Origin: Alphaproteobacteria bacterium
Lineage (GTDB): Bacteria > Pseudomonadota > Alphaproteobacteria > SP197
Assembly (NCBI GenBank): GCA_009694045.1
Contig: SHVY01000004.1
Coordinates: forward strand, 3,866 to 67,865
Direction of reading: 5' to 3'
Length of the DNA: 64,000 nt
Below are positions 28,698-38,578 of the stretch, piece by piece (position 1 is the stretch's first letter; every line of letters begins with the position of its first letter). Under the pieces are notes generated by a model. The model saw nothing but the letters and a program-made list of their open reading frames with translations. It did not search any database and was not told the DNA's origin. The translations under genes were made by a program, and so were the position numbers.

Positions 28698-30581
28698 ATG
28701 ACCATCATCACCACGTCCGAACAGATCGCCGAGTTGTGTGCCCGGCTGCGCCGCGCGCCCTTCGTCACCGTCGACACCGAATTCATGCGCGAGAGCACCT
28801 ACTGGTCCAAGCTCTGCCTGCTGCAGATCGCCGGGCCGGAGGACGAGGCCGCCATCGATCCGCTGGTCGACGGCATCGACCTTGGGCCGGTTCACGTACT
28901 GTTCGCCGACCCGGCGGTGCTCAAGGTCTTCCATGCCGCCCGCCAGGACATCGAGATCTTCGTCCATGCCACCGGCAAGGTACCCGCGCCCCTGTTCGAC
29001 ACCCAGGTCGCCGGCATGGTGTGCGGCTTCGGCGACCAGGTATCGTACGACACCCTGGTCGCGAAGCTGGCCAACGAGACGATCGACAAGTCGTCGCGCT
29101 TCACCGATTGGTCCCACCGGCCCCTGACCGAGCGGCAGCTCAGCTACGCCCTCGCCGACGTGACCCACCTGCGCGTGGTCTACGAGAAGCTCGCGCGCCG
29201 GGTGGAAAAGTCGGACCGGGAATCCTGGTTGGCCGAGGAGATGGCGCTGCTCAACAACCCGGCGACCTACACCGTCCGCCCTGAGGACGCATACAAGCGG
29301 CTGCGCAGCCGGCGGCCAAGCCGGCGGATGCTGGCCGTGCTGCGCGAGGTCGCGGCCTGGCGCGAACGGGAGGCGCAGCGGCGCGACCTGCCCCGCAACC
29401 GGGTGGTGCGCGACGAGGCCCTGCTCGAGATCGCCGCCCACGCCCCGACGAAGGTCGCCGATCTGGCGCGCACCCGCTCGCTCAGCCGGGGCCACGCCGA
29501 GGGGTCGTTCGGCGGGGAGATTCTGGCCGCCGTCGCCCGCGGCCTCGCGCTGCCCGACGCCGAATGCCCCGAACTCGACCCCGCCTATGATGGTCAGGCG
29601 GCCCCCGCACCCCTCGTCGACCTGCTCAAGGTGCTGCTCAAGCAGAAGTGCGAGGAGCACCACGTGGCCCAGAAGCTGGTGGCGAACAGCGCCGATATCG
29701 ACCGGCTCGCCCTCGGCGATCCCACCGTCCTCGCCGTTCATGGCTGGCGCCGCGAGGTGTTCGGCGAGGCGGCGCTGGCGCTGATCGCCGGGCGCATGGC
29801 GCTGTCGCCCCGGCGGACGGGGATCGAGCTGGTTCCGGTCGAGGCCGAAGGCGCGGCGGAAGGCGGTCCGCGCGCCCGGAAGAACCCGCTCGGCCAACCC
29901 ATCGGCTGGACCGTCAAGGGCTGGTCGCCCAGGCCGCGGCCGCCGCGTTCGGTCCTGGAAGGTCGCTTCTGCTGGGTCGAGCCGATCGACCCCGAACGGC
30001 ACGCTGGCGATCTGTATGAGGCCTTCGCGGCGGATGCCGCCGGCAAGATCTGGACGTATCTGGCCTATGGACCCTTCGCCGATTCCGCGGCGTTCGGCGA
30101 ATGGCTGACGAAATCCTGCTTGGGCGACGACCCGCTGTTCCACGCCATCGTGGATTCGGCGACCGGGCGCGCCCAGGGCGTCGCCAGCTATCTGCGGATC
30201 GATCCGGGCCCGGGCGTGATCGAGGTCGGACACATCAACCTCGGTCCGGCGCTGCAGCGGACGGCGGCGGCCACCGAGGCGATGTTCCTGATGATGCGGC
30301 GGGTGTTCGACGAGTTGGGTTATCGCCGCTACGAATGGAAGTGCGACGCCCTGAACGAGCCGTCCCGGCGGTCGGCCCAGCGCCTGGGGTTCCGCTACGA
30401 AGGCCTGTTCCGCCAGGCGATGGTCTACAAGGGGCGCAACCGGGATACCGCCTGGTACGCCATCGTCGATCGGGATTGGCCGGCCCTGAAGCGGGCCTAC
30501 GAGCGCTGGCTGGACCCCGCGAACTTCGACGATTCGGGGCGCCAGCGCCTGGGGCTCTCGGGACTGACCCGGGCCGGCTAG
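28698..30581 (+). CDS. rnd: Ribonuclease D with an in-frame C-terminal GNAT (RimJ/RimL-like) acetyltransferase domain
   Basis: Residues 1-~385 are RNase D: the DEDDy exonuclease (VDTEFMRES...; YALADVTHL) plus HRDC. With no intervening stop, residues ~400-627 are a GNAT fold (LEGRFCWVEPIDPERHAGDLYEAF...GYRRYEWKCDALNEPSRRSAQRLGFRYEGL). The GNAT domain spans roughly 29895-30581. Confidence 0.8.
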   Translation: MTIITTSEQIAELCARLRRAPFVTVDTEFMRESTYWSKLCLLQIAGPEDEAAIDPLVDGIDLGPVHVLFADPAVLKVFHAARQDIEIFVHATGKVPAPLFDTQVAGMVCGFGDQVSYDTLVAKLANETIDKSSRFTDWSHRPLTERQLSYALADVTHLRVVYEKLARRVEKSDRESWLAEEMALLNNPATYTVRPEDAYKRLRSRRPSRRMLAVLREVAAWREREAQRRDLPRNRVVRDEALLEIAAHAPTKVADLARTRSLSRGHAEGSFGGEILAAVARGLALPDAECPELDPAYDGQAAPAPLVDLLKVLLKQKCEEHHVAQKLVANSADIDRLALGDPTVLAVHGWRREVFGEAALALIAGRMALSPRRTGIELVPVEAEGAAEGGPRARKNPLGQPIGWTVKGWSPRPRPPRSVLEGRFCWVEPIDPERHAGDLYEAFAADAAGKIWTYLAYGPFADSAAFGEWLTKSCLGDDPLFHAIVDSATGRAQGVASYLRIDPGPGVIEVGHINLGPALQRTAAATEAMFLMMRRVFDELGYRRYEWKCDALNEPSRRSAQRLGFRYEGLFRQAMVYKGRNRDTAWYAIVDRDWPALKRAYERWLDPANFDDSGRQRLGLSGLTRAG

Positions 30582-31918
30582 ACCAGGAGCCTCCAGGCGG
30601 CACCAAGCGCCGCCGTCCCGGCGAGGGTCGCGAGGGTGCCCGCGCGGAAGCGGAAGATCGCGACGGCGGCCAACCCGGCGAGAACGGCGGCAGCCGGATC
30701 GAACGTCGCGAGCAGGGGCGCCGGGAGTCGCAAGGGGCCGGCCGCATAGGTTGCGACGGAACCGAAGATGGTGTTGAGGGCGAACCACGCGGCCAGGTTG
30801 AGGATCGCCCCGACGACCGCCGCCGTGATCGCCGCGAGTCCCCGCGCCAGCCCGCGATGGCCGCGCAGGCGTTCGATGTAGGGCGCGCCGAGGAAGATCC
30901 ACAGGAAGCACGGCACGAAGGTGACCCAGGTGGTGAGAGCGGCACCCGCCATCCCGCTGGCGAGCGGAGCCAAGGCGCCCGGATCGCGGAAGGCGGCGAG
31001 GAAGCCCACGAAGACCAGGACGAGGATGAGTGGGCCCGGCGTGGTCTCGGCCATGGCGAGGCCGTCCAGCATCTCGCCGGGCGCGAGCCAGCCCAGCCCG
31101 GTCACCGCCTCCTGCGCGACGTAGGAGAGGACGGCGTAGGCCCCACCGAACGTCACCACGGCGAGCTGGCTGAACAGGGCCACCACGTCCATCAGGATGC
31201 TGTCCGGCCCCAGCAACGCGAGCACCAGGAGAACCGGCGCGGCCCACAGCCCGCCCCACAGGGCGATCACCCCGACGGCGCGCCGCCATGATGGCGCGAC
31301 GTGGATCAGATGGGCATCCGTGCGATCATCGTCGGCGGAGTCGGCGCCGCCGTGGCCCTTGCCGGCCGGGAACAAGTCGGGTCGTACCCGTCCGCCGAGC
31401 ATGCCGACAAACGCGGCGGCGAAGACGATGACGGGAAACGGAACACCGAAGGCGAAGATCGCGACGAAGGCCACCCCCGCCACCACCCACATCGCGCGCG
31501 TCGCCAGGGCGCGTTTCGCCACCCGCGCGAGGGCCTGAACGACGATGGCGAGGACCGCCGCCTTGAGCCCGAAGAACAGGACATCGACGAGCCCGCTGCC
31601 ATGGAGCAGCACGTACGCGGTGCTGAGGGCCACGAGCACGAAGAATCCCGGCAGCACGAACAACGTGCCGGCGACGATCCCGCCCCGGGTGCCGTGCAGC
31701 AGCCAGCCGACATAGGTCGCGAGCTGCTGCGCCTCGGGACCCGGCAGCAACATGCAGAAGTTGAGGGCGTGCAGGAACCGCGCCTCGCCGATCCAGCGCT
31801 TCTCGTCGACCAGAATGCGATGCATCAGGGCGATCTGCCCGGCCGGCCCGCCGAAGCCGAGCACGCCGATCCTGGCCCAGACCCGGACCGCCTCGGCGAA
31901 GGGGACCGGCCCGGTCAC
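30578..31918 (-). CDS. chrA: Chromate transporter
   Basis: Two tandem CHR domains (GFGGPAGQIALMH...; VVTFGGAYAVLSYV...) and about 12 TM segments. Its stop overlaps the rnd stop in a shared CTAG. Confidence 0.85.
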   Translation of the reverse strand: MTGPVPFAEAVRVWARIGVLGFGGPAGQIALMHRILVDEKRWIGEARFLHALNFCMLLPGPEAQQLATYVGWLLHGTRGGIVAGTLFVLPGFFVLVALSTAYVLLHGSGLVDVLFFGLKAAVLAIVVQALARVAKRALATRAMWVVAGVAFVAIFAFGVPFPVIVFAAAFVGMLGGRVRPDLFPAGKGHGGADSADDDRTDAHLIHVAPSWRRAVGVIALWGGLWAAPVLLVLALLGPDSILMDVVALFSQLAVVTFGGAYAVLSYVAQEAVTGLGWLAPGEMLDGLAMAETTPGPLILVLVFVGFLAAFRDPGALAPLASGMAGAALTTWVTFVPCFLWIFLGAPYIERLRGHRGLARGLAAITAAVVGAILNLAAWFALNTIFGSVATYAAGPLRLPAPLLATFDPAAAVLAGLAAVAIFRFRAGTLATLAGTAALGAAWRLLV

Positions 31919-32709
31919 GGCCGCGCCACCGCCGGCGGCCAGGCGTGCGCTTCGCCCTGGAGGTCGAGGATCCAGCGGTACAGCGCGTCATACATGACCA
32001 GGCCGTGCCGCAACAGCTCGCCATCGTCGGTGATGTTGCCGCCGAGGCCGAGGGAGATCGCGAACAATCCTGGCGATTCCGGGGTCAGGTCCGGGCGCGA
32101 CGTGTCGGCGCCCCGCACGATGACCGCGAGGCGCCGCAGCCCGGCGTCGTCCAGGCCATGGTCGTCGAGAAAAGCGTCGAAACTGCACAGCTCGCCCCGA
32201 TGGCTGAGTTTGGCGCCGGGGATATCGTAGGGCGTCGCGCCGGTTTCGGCGGCGATGGTGAACACCCGATCCGTCGGGACGTAGAGAAACCGCGCATCCG
32301 GATCGATGAAGCGTCGGATCAGCCAGGGACAGGCGATCCGGTCGATCTTGGGCCGCTCGCGCGTGACCCAAAGCGAGGGCGTCCCCGGCTTGGGCGCCAG
32401 ATCGAACCCCTGGGACCGCCACCCTTCGATGCCATCGGCCAGGTAGGCGGCGCGACGCCCGCGGCGCCCCAGGGCCGCGGCGGCGCCTTGGCTCACCTCG
32501 TGCCCATGCACGCAGTAGACAACGACGGCGCGTGCCAGTTCGAGATCACCGACCCAGTCGTCAACCGTCTCCGGCAGCCGCCGCAGGGCTCCCGGCAGCG
32601 CGTCCGGCGCCGCGTCGTAGGCGGCCTTGCGACGGACATCGATCACCAGCGGGTTGCTGCCGCGGGCGCGCTGGTCGTGTAGGTGTCGCGGGATTACGAA
32701 AGCATCCAT
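31915..32709 (-). CDS. Rhodanese domain fused to ChrB C-terminal (Chrome_Resist) domain protein
   Basis: The N-terminal rhodanese-like region (VVVYCVHGHEVSQGAA) is followed by RPKIDRIACPWLIRRFIDPDARFLYVP, the chromate-resistance ChrB C-domain pattern. It overlaps chrA by 4 bp. Confidence 0.7.
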   Translation of the reverse strand: MDAFVIPRHLHDQRARGSNPLVIDVRRKAAYDAAPDALPGALRRLPETVDDWVGDLELARAVVVYCVHGHEVSQGAAAALGRRGRRAAYLADGIEGWRSQGFDLAPKPGTPSLWVTRERPKIDRIACPWLIRRFIDPDARFLYVPTDRVFTIAAETGATPYDIPGAKLSHRGELCSFDAFLDDHGLDDAGLRRLAVIVRGADTSRPDLTPESPGLFAISLGLGGNITDDGELLRHGLVMYDALYRWILDLQGEAHAWPPAVARP

Positions 32710-32825
32710 GGCTCCCTCTCCTGTAACGCCAGGTCAGGAGCGGCGCTTGGATGCGACTCGGCATCTGACGGGGAGGCCACTCGGTTCCCCGTGGGGCAGC
32801 TTGCTAAACCCGCCCGCGCCGTTGT

Positions 32826-33515
32826 TCAAGCGGAATCGAACGGGAGAGAAGCGGTGCCGTCCAGCATCAGGCGCGCGAACGGTACCGTGATCGGCCGGCG
32901 CTCGGCCAGGGCGGCGCGATCCAGGGACTCGACCAGGGCGCGGGCCGCGGCAAACGAACGCTCCATGCGCGGCACCAGGAACGCGATCACGTCGTCCGCG
33001 ACCTTCAACTGGCGGTCGGCGAATTGCTTGGCTAATACCCCCGCCAACAGCCGATCGTCGGGCGCCGCGACCGATACGACCGCCGCCGCCGCCAGACGCG
33101 ACCGCAGGTCGGCGAGGCGCACCGCCCAGCGCGCCGGCGAATCGCGCCCGGTCAGCACCACGGTCCCGCGCCGCTCGGCCACCACGTTCAGAAGATGAAA
33201 CAGGGCCGTTTCGTCGACGCCACGATCCGCGTCCTCGATGGCAATCGCGCGGCGATCCGCCATCAGGGCGAACGGATCGCGCCCCGCCAGATCGGCGGCG
33301 GCGATGCACGGGGCTCCACTACGGCCCAGCCAGGCGTGAACCAGGTGAGTCTTGCCGCACCCAGGGGGGCCGGCGATCGCCAGGGCAGGCCCCGGCCAGG
33401 CGGGCCAGCGGTCGAGCCATGCCACCGCGGCCTCGTTACAGGGTGCCACCAGGAAGTCAGCCACCCCGAGCGCCGGGCGATGCCCAAGGTCGAAGGTCAG
33501 CTGTGGACGGATCAA
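32826..33515 (-). CDS. hda: DnaA regulatory inactivator Hda (HdaA)
   Basis: The Walker A motif GPPGCGKTHL and a short DnaA-like AAA+ module of ~229 aa. It sits in the synteny typical of alphaproteobacterial hdaA, next to an AI-2E transporter and the pur genes. Confidence 0.75.
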   Translation of the reverse strand: MIRPQLTFDLGHRPALGVADFLVAPCNEAAVAWLDRWPAWPGPALAIAGPPGCGKTHLVHAWLGRSGAPCIAAADLAGRDPFALMADRRAIAIEDADRGVDETALFHLLNVVAERRGTVVLTGRDSPARWAVRLADLRSRLAAAAVVSVAAPDDRLLAGVLAKQFADRQLKVADDVIAFLVPRMERSFAAARALVESLDRAALAERRPITVPFARLMLDGTASLPFDSA

Positions 33516-34594
33516 GCCGCCGGCCCGCTGTCGGACCCGCCGTGCCCGCGATAGAGCGGGCTAGCCATGTATTGGGTCAAGGCGAAGCGCGCCAGCACCC
33601 CGATCACGGCCGCGACCGGCACCGCGAGGAGAACGCCCACGAATCCGAACAGGGCGCCCCCGGCGACCAGGGCGAACATGACCCAGACCGCATGCAGCCC
33701 AACCCGGTCGCCGACCAGCTTGGGTGTCAGGTAGTTGCCCTCGACCGCCTGCCCGACGATGAAGATCGCCGCGATCACCAGCACCCGCCACGTATCGTCG
33801 AACTGCAACAGCGCCAGGCCGACGCTGAGGAAGATGCCGCCGATCGAGCCGACGAAGGGCACGAACGAGGCAAGCCCGGCCATCATGCCCACGATCAGGC
33901 CGAACTCGAGCCCCGCCAGGGTCAACCCCATCCCATAGAACCCCGCCAGGATCAGGCAGACCGTCGCCTGCCCGCGCGCGAATCCAGCCAGCGTGCGGTC
34001 GATCGCGTGCAACTGCGCCCGGATCACGCCGGCGTTGTCCCGCGGCAACCAGCCATCGACCCGAGCCGTCAGGCGGTCCCAGTCGCGCAGCAGGTAGAAC
34101 GCCACCACCGGGGTGATGACCAGGAGCGACAGCAGGCTGAGCACCGCCTGGCCCGACTGCAAGACGCCGCTCGCCGCCTGCAGAAGCCAGCGGAAGAGCT
34201 GGCCCGATGCCCCGCCCACGGCGTCGCGCACCCGGGCCAGATCCTCGGGACTGAGCACGTCCTTGAGCAGCGCGCTCCACGTCGCGACGCTCAGCCGGGC
34301 GGATTCGAAATAGCCGGGCAGCCGAACCGCCAGGCTCTCGAGCTGCTGCACCAGAAGCGGCACGAGCATCATCGCGAGGAGGATCAAGACGATGAAGAAC
34401 CCGACGGTCAGGACCGTCGTCGCCAGGGTGCGGGACAAGCCCTGGCGCTCCAGGCGATCGGCCAGAGGATCGAGAAAATAGGCGATCGCCATGCCAGCGA
34501 CGAACGGCAACAGGACCGACTTGAGCAGGACCAGGGCGGCGATGAAGAGTCCGAGTGTCGCCGCCCAGAACCAAAGCTTCTGTCGCACCGTCAT
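33512..34594 (-). CDS. AI-2E family transporter (PerM-like)
   Basis: Trimmed to MTVRQKLWFWAATLGLFIAALVLL..., with 8 TM segments and a UPF0118 pattern. The listed 558-aa ORF includes an implausible Arg-rich upstream extension that overlaps pgsA. Confidence 0.8.
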   Translation of the reverse strand: MTVRQKLWFWAATLGLFIAALVLLKSVLLPFVAGMAIAYFLDPLADRLERQGLSRTLATTVLTVGFFIVLILLAMMLVPLLVQQLESLAVRLPGYFESARLSVATWSALLKDVLSPEDLARVRDAVGGASGQLFRWLLQAASGVLQSGQAVLSLLSLLVITPVVAFYLLRDWDRLTARVDGWLPRDNAGVIRAQLHAIDRTLAGFARGQATVCLILAGFYGMGLTLAGLEFGLIVGMMAGLASFVPFVGSIGGIFLSVGLALLQFDDTWRVLVIAAIFIVGQAVEGNYLTPKLVGDRVGLHAVWVMFALVAGGALFGFVGVLLAVPVAAVIGVLARFALTQYMASPLYRGHGGSDSGPAA

Positions 34595-35133
34595 GGGTTT
34601 CCAGCTTCCGCGTCGAGCAGGGTGCGCGACCAGCGTATCACATAGGCCACGCCCGAAGCGGTCGTCGTCGCCGCCACCAGCCAGATCAGGATCGCGGAAA
34701 GCGGCGCGAGATCCAGCCCAATGGCCAGGTCCGCGAGGATGCTGGCCGCCAAGGCGATCTGCATGAAGGTGTTGACCTTGCTGATCAGCGCCGGCGCGAT
34801 CGCGAGGCGGCGGGTGAGGACATGAACGAGCAATGCCCCGCCGACGATCAGGATGTCGCGCGACACCACCAGGATGACGAGCCAAATCGGCAGGGCGTCG
34901 CGCGCCGCGAGGCTGAGGTAGGCGCCGAGCAGCAAGGCCTTGTCCGCCAGGGGATCGAGGTACCCGCCCAACTCGGTGACGCAGCCGAATTGCTTGGCGA
35001 CCGCGCCATCGACGGCATCGGAGATCCCGGCGAGAACGAACAGGACGAGGGCCGCGACATCGTGCCCGTCCAGAATCAACCAGACGGTCGCGGGGGCGAC
35101 GAACAGCCGCCCGAGGCTGATGACGTTCGGGAG
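34591..35133 (-). CDS. CDP-alcohol phosphatidyltransferase (PgsA-like)
   Basis: [16 protein letters not shown]...DAVDGAVAKQFGCVTELGGYLDPLADK is the CDP-OH_P_transf motif D-G-x2-A-R-x8-G-x3-D-x3-D. The start is uncertain (TTG near 35133 or upstream). Confidence 0.6.
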   Translation of the reverse strand, partial: LPNVISLGRLFVAPATVWLILDGHDVAALVLFVLAGISDAVDGAVAKQFGCVTELGGYLDPLADKALLLGAYLSLAARDALPIWLVILVVSRDILIVGGALLVHVLTRRLAIAPALISKVNTFMQIALAASILADLAIGLDLAPLSAILIWLVAATTTASGVAYVIRWSRTLLDAEAGNP

Positions 35134-35135
35134 GT

Positions 35136-36278
35136 TCAAGGCGCCGTCGCCGCGGTCTCGCCGAGGCGCAGCACGAGCATGTCGGCATCGGGCGCGAGGA
35201 CGAGGCGCTGCGTGGCCAGCGCCGTGGCGAGCTGGGTGTCGTCCACGACGACGGTCAGGGTGACGCTGACGAGGCGTGCCCCCAAGGTCGTGACATCGAC
35301 CCGGCGGACGGCGCCAAGGTTCGCGAGGCGCCGGCGGACGTCGACCCATTCGGCCAGCCCCGCCACCGGAATCTCGACCCTGACCTGCCGCTCGGCCCCA
35401 CCGGCGACGAGATTCTCACCCTTCCACGATCCGTCGAGCCGCGCCCGCACGGCGCGCGCCGCGGCGGCGTACAGCTCGCCGTCCGCCGTGGCCAGGGCCG
35501 CCGTGAAGGTCTCCGAACCGACCTCGCGCTGTTCCCCGACCAGGATCGTGAGGTTGACGGTGAAGCCCTTGGTGCCGTCGGGCGGCGACGGATCGGGCGT
35601 GAGGACGACGATCGCCGCCCCGGACGCGCCGTAGCGTTCGGCGATCCGGGCGATCGCGGGCCCATCGAATCCGACCGCGCGGGCCCCGTCGATGATCGCC
35701 AGGTCTTCCAGATCGCCCAGGGGCATGACGATGGGAACCAGGCCGGGCAGCGCGGAAATCGCGTCCCAGGCCGACCACCAGGCGTTGCCCTCCTCGAACA
35801 GCAGCCGGCCGCCGCCCGCTTCTAACACGGGCAGGACCAGAACCGGCGATCGGGCGCCCTCGACATAGGCGACCGCTGCCGATGCCAGCACCGCCCGCAC
35901 CGCGTCCGGATTGAAGTGATAGGTGAGCGTCGCGATATAGCGGTCCGGCGCGACCTTCTCGCTTGCTACCTCGAAGGACTGCACGAGGAGCGCGATCCGG
36001 TCGTCCGTCAGGGTCGCGAACTTCTGCACCTGATCGGGCGCGACAAGCCGGTCCATGAGGCGCAGCCAGGCGATGTGCTGCCCTTCGGACAGGGCCTGAT
36101 CGCGGGCTTGGTTGGCATCGGCGGCGGTCACGTCGACGGCGACGCCCGCGACCGAATAGGCCTCGTCCGCCGCCGCCCAGACCACGTGCGGCCGGGCCGA
36201 AACCACGGCGGCGATCGCCGCGAATCCAACGGCGATGATCGCCGCCGCACCCACGCGCCCCAACCAACCCCGAGACAT
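35136..36278 (-). CDS. DUF2066-like periplasmic protein
   Basis: A signal or TM anchor then a 350-aa Ala-rich domain. It is divergent from purM, as is commonly seen for this family. The family assignment is from memory. Confidence 0.5.
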   Translation of the reverse strand: MSRGWLGRVGAAAIIAVGFAAIAAVVSARPHVVWAAADEAYSVAGVAVDVTAADANQARDQALSEGQHIAWLRLMDRLVAPDQVQKFATLTDDRIALLVQSFEVASEKVAPDRYIATLTYHFNPDAVRAVLASAAVAYVEGARSPVLVLPVLEAGGGRLLFEEGNAWWSAWDAISALPGLVPIVMPLGDLEDLAIIDGARAVGFDGPAIARIAERYGASGAAIVVLTPDPSPPDGTKGFTVNLTILVGEQREVGSETFTAALATADGELYAAAARAVRARLDGSWKGENLVAGGAERQVRVEIPVAGLAEWVDVRRRLANLGAVRRVDVTTLGARLVSVTLTVVVDDTQLATALATQRLVLAPDADMLVLRLGETAATAP

Positions 36279-37438
36279 TGCAAACTCCCGTCCGTGCGCT
36301 ATGGTCGCGCCGCCGGCCTAGCCGAACTATAGCCAACGGCCGAGACCGAAGCGAGGCATCCATCACCGATCTCACCTATAAGGACGCGGGTGTCGACATC
36401 GACGCGGGCGCGCGGCTGGTCGAAGCGATCAAGCCGCTGGCGCGGAGCACGGCACGGGCGGGCCTGATGGGCGGCCTAGGCGGATTCGGCGGCCTGTTCG
36501 ACCTGGCCGCCGCCGGCTTTCGCGACCCGGTCCTGGTCAGCAGCACCGACGGCGTCGGCACCAAGCTGAAGATCGCTATCGCCACCGGGCTGCACGACAC
36601 CATCGGCATCGACCTGGTGGCGATGTGCGTGAACGACGTGCTCGTGCACGGGGCGGAGCCCCTGTTCTTCCTCGACTACTTCGCCACGGGCCGGCTCGAC
36701 GTCGCGGTCGCCGAACGGGTGATCGCCGGAATCGCCGAAGGTTGCCGCCAGGCGGGCTGCACCCTGCTTGGGGGCGAGACCGCGGAAATGCCCGGGATGT
36801 ACCAGGACGGCGACTACGACCTGGCGGGCTTCGCTGTCGGCGCGGTCGAACGGGCGCGGATGCTGAAGGGTGGCGAGGCCCGCGCCGGCGACCTGTTGCT
36901 CGCCATCGCCTCCAGCGGATTGCATTCCAACGGCTTCGCCCTGGCCCGCCGGGTCGTCGCCGAGCACGGGCTGGATTGGCGCGACCCTGCCCCCTTCGAG
37001 CCGGACAAGCCCCTGGGTCAGGCGCTCCTCGTGCCGACCCGGATCTACGTGCGAAGCTGTCGCGGTGAGCTCGGCGCCGGCCGGATCCTGGGCCTCGCCC
37101 ACATCACCGGCGGTGGCTTGAGCGAGAACGTGCCGCGCATCCTTTCACCGGGAACGCAGGCCCGCATCGACGCGACGGCGTGGGACCTGCCGCCCCTGTT
37201 CCGCTGGCTTGCGGGCGAAGGCCGCAACCGCCGCATCACCCCCCTCGAGATGGCGCGGACCTTCAACTGTGGCGTCGGCATGATCGCCGTGGTGGCGCCG
37301 GACGACGCCGCAGCGGTCACGGCCGCCCTGCGCGCGGCCGGGGAGACCGTGACCCTGGTCGGTGCGATCGAGCCGGCGGCCGATGGGTCGGCCCCACCGC
37401 GGGTGATCCTCGACGGAGCGGAGCGTTGGCCAGGCTGA
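36278..37438 (+). CDS. purM: Phosphoribosylformylglycinamidine cyclo-ligase (AIR synthetase)
   Basis: [21 protein letters not shown]...[12 protein letters not shown]...[12 protein letters not shown] 27-aa N-terminal extension precedes the conserved start, and no alternative in-frame start codon was found. Confidence 0.85.
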   Translation: MQTPVRALWSRRRPSRTIANGRDRSEASITDLTYKDAGVDIDAGARLVEAIKPLARSTARAGLMGGLGGFGGLFDLAAAGFRDPVLVSSTDGVGTKLKIAIATGLHDTIGIDLVAMCVNDVLVHGAEPLFFLDYFATGRLDVAVAERVIAGIAEGCRQAGCTLLGGETAEMPGMYQDGDYDLAGFAVGAVERARMLKGGEARAGDLLLAIASSGLHSNGFALARRVVAEHGLDWRDPAPFEPDKPLGQALLVPTRIYVRSCRGELGAGRILGLAHITGGGLSENVPRILSPGTQARIDATAWDLPPLFRWLAGEGRNRRITPLEMARTFNCGVGMIAVVAPDDAAAVTAALRAAGETVTLVGAIEPAADGSAPPRVILDGAERWPG

Positions 37439-38088
37439 AGCTCGCGGTTCTCATTTCCGGGACGGGCACCAACCTGCAGGCCCTGATCGATGCCTGCCGC
37501 GAACCCGATTTTCCCGCCGAGATCGCCCTGGTGATCTCCAGCCGGCCCGGCGTGCCGGGGCTGGAGCGGGCCGGGGGCGCGGGCCTTGCCACCGCCGTGA
37601 TCGACCACAAGGCGTTCAAGGACCGGGCGGCGTTCGACGCGGCGCTGGACCGGCGCCTGCGGGACAGCGGCGCGGGCCTGGTGTGCCTCGCCGGCTTCAT
37701 GCGGTTGCTGACCGAGGGCTTCGCCCAAAGCTGGCGCGACCGGTTGGTCAACATTCACCCGTCCCTGTTGCCGGCCTTCCAGGGCCGCCATGCCCACGAA
37801 CGAGCCCTGTCCGCGGGCGTCCGCTTCACCGGCTGCACGGTTCATTTCGTCCGGCCCGAGATGGACCAGGGGCCGATCATCGTCCAGGCGGCCGTCCCGG
37901 TGCACGTCGACGACACGGTCGAGACCTTGCGCGAACGGGTCCTGTCCGCCGAGCACCGCTGCTATCCCCTGGCCGTCAAGCTGATCGCCGAAGGCCGGGT
38001 GCGAGTCGTCAACGAGATCGCGCTGATCGCCGGCGCCGACACGCCCCGGGCCGCGATCCTCAACCCGCGCGACTCCCGAGGACGCTAA
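37426..38088 (+). CDS. purN: Phosphoribosylglycinamide formyltransferase
   Basis: TTG start overlapping the purM stop gives (M)[22 protein letters not shown]...[12 protein letters not shown]. Confidence 0.8.
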   Translation: MARLKLAVLISGTGTNLQALIDACREPDFPAEIALVISSRPGVPGLERAGGAGLATAVIDHKAFKDRAAFDAALDRRLRDSGAGLVCLAGFMRLLTEGFAQSWRDRLVNIHPSLLPAFQGRHAHERALSAGVRFTGCTVHFVRPEMDQGPIIVQAAVPVHVDDTVETLRERVLSAEHRCYPLAVKLIAEGRVRVVNEIALIAGADTPRAAILNPRDSRGR

Positions 38089-38507
38089 CCGACGATGTCG
38101 AGGCCGCTGAAGAAGTAGGCAATTTCGACCGCCGCGTTGTCCGCCGAATCCGAACCATGGGCGGAGTTCGCCTCGATCGATTCGGCGAAGTCCTTGCGGA
38201 TGGTGCCCGGGGCTGCCTTGGCCGGATCGGTGGCGCCCATCACCTCGCGGTTGCGGGCGACGGCGTTCTCGCCCTCGAGGACCTGGACGACCACCGGGCC
38301 CGACGTCATGAACGCGCACAGGCCATCGAAGAACGGGCGTGCCCGATGGACGGCGTAGAAGCCTTCGGCCTGGGCGCGGGTCAGCCGGATGCGGCGCTGC
38401 GCGACGATGCGCAGTCCGGCCGCCTCGAGCCGCGCGTTGACGGCGCCGGTCAGGTTCCGGCGGGTCGCGTCCGGCTTGATGATGGACAGGGTGCGTTCGA
38501 CCGCCAT
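38085..38507 (-). CDS. ndk: Nucleoside diphosphate kinase
   Basis: [14 protein letters not shown]...NAAHGSDS: the active-site His region reads SAHGSDS. Confidence 0.9.
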   Translation of the reverse strand: MAVERTLSIIKPDATRRNLTGAVNARLEAAGLRIVAQRRIRLTRAQAEGFYAVHRARPFFDGLCAFMTSGPVVVQVLEGENAVARNREVMGATDPAKAAPGTIRKDFAESIEANSAHGSDSADNAAVEIAYFFSGLDIVG

Positions 38508-38578
38508 GGCGGCTTTCTCCTGGGCTGCTGCTCGTTGTCGCGGGCCTTATAGGGGCTGCGCATACCCCCCGCAACCTC

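Noticed and set aside
30578-30581. Shared CTAG containing the stop codons of convergent rnd-GNAT and chrA.
   Set aside because: This is probably coincidental. Unlike the repeat-associated CTAGs there is no flanking palindrome here. It is noted only as a curiosity.
33512-35188. 558-aa minus ORF suggesting a large fusion protein.
   Set aside because: Only the C-terminal 361 aa (from MTVRQKLWFW) match the AI-2E transporter family. The N-terminal 198 aa are Arg-rich nonsense overlapping the real pgsA-like gene in another frame.
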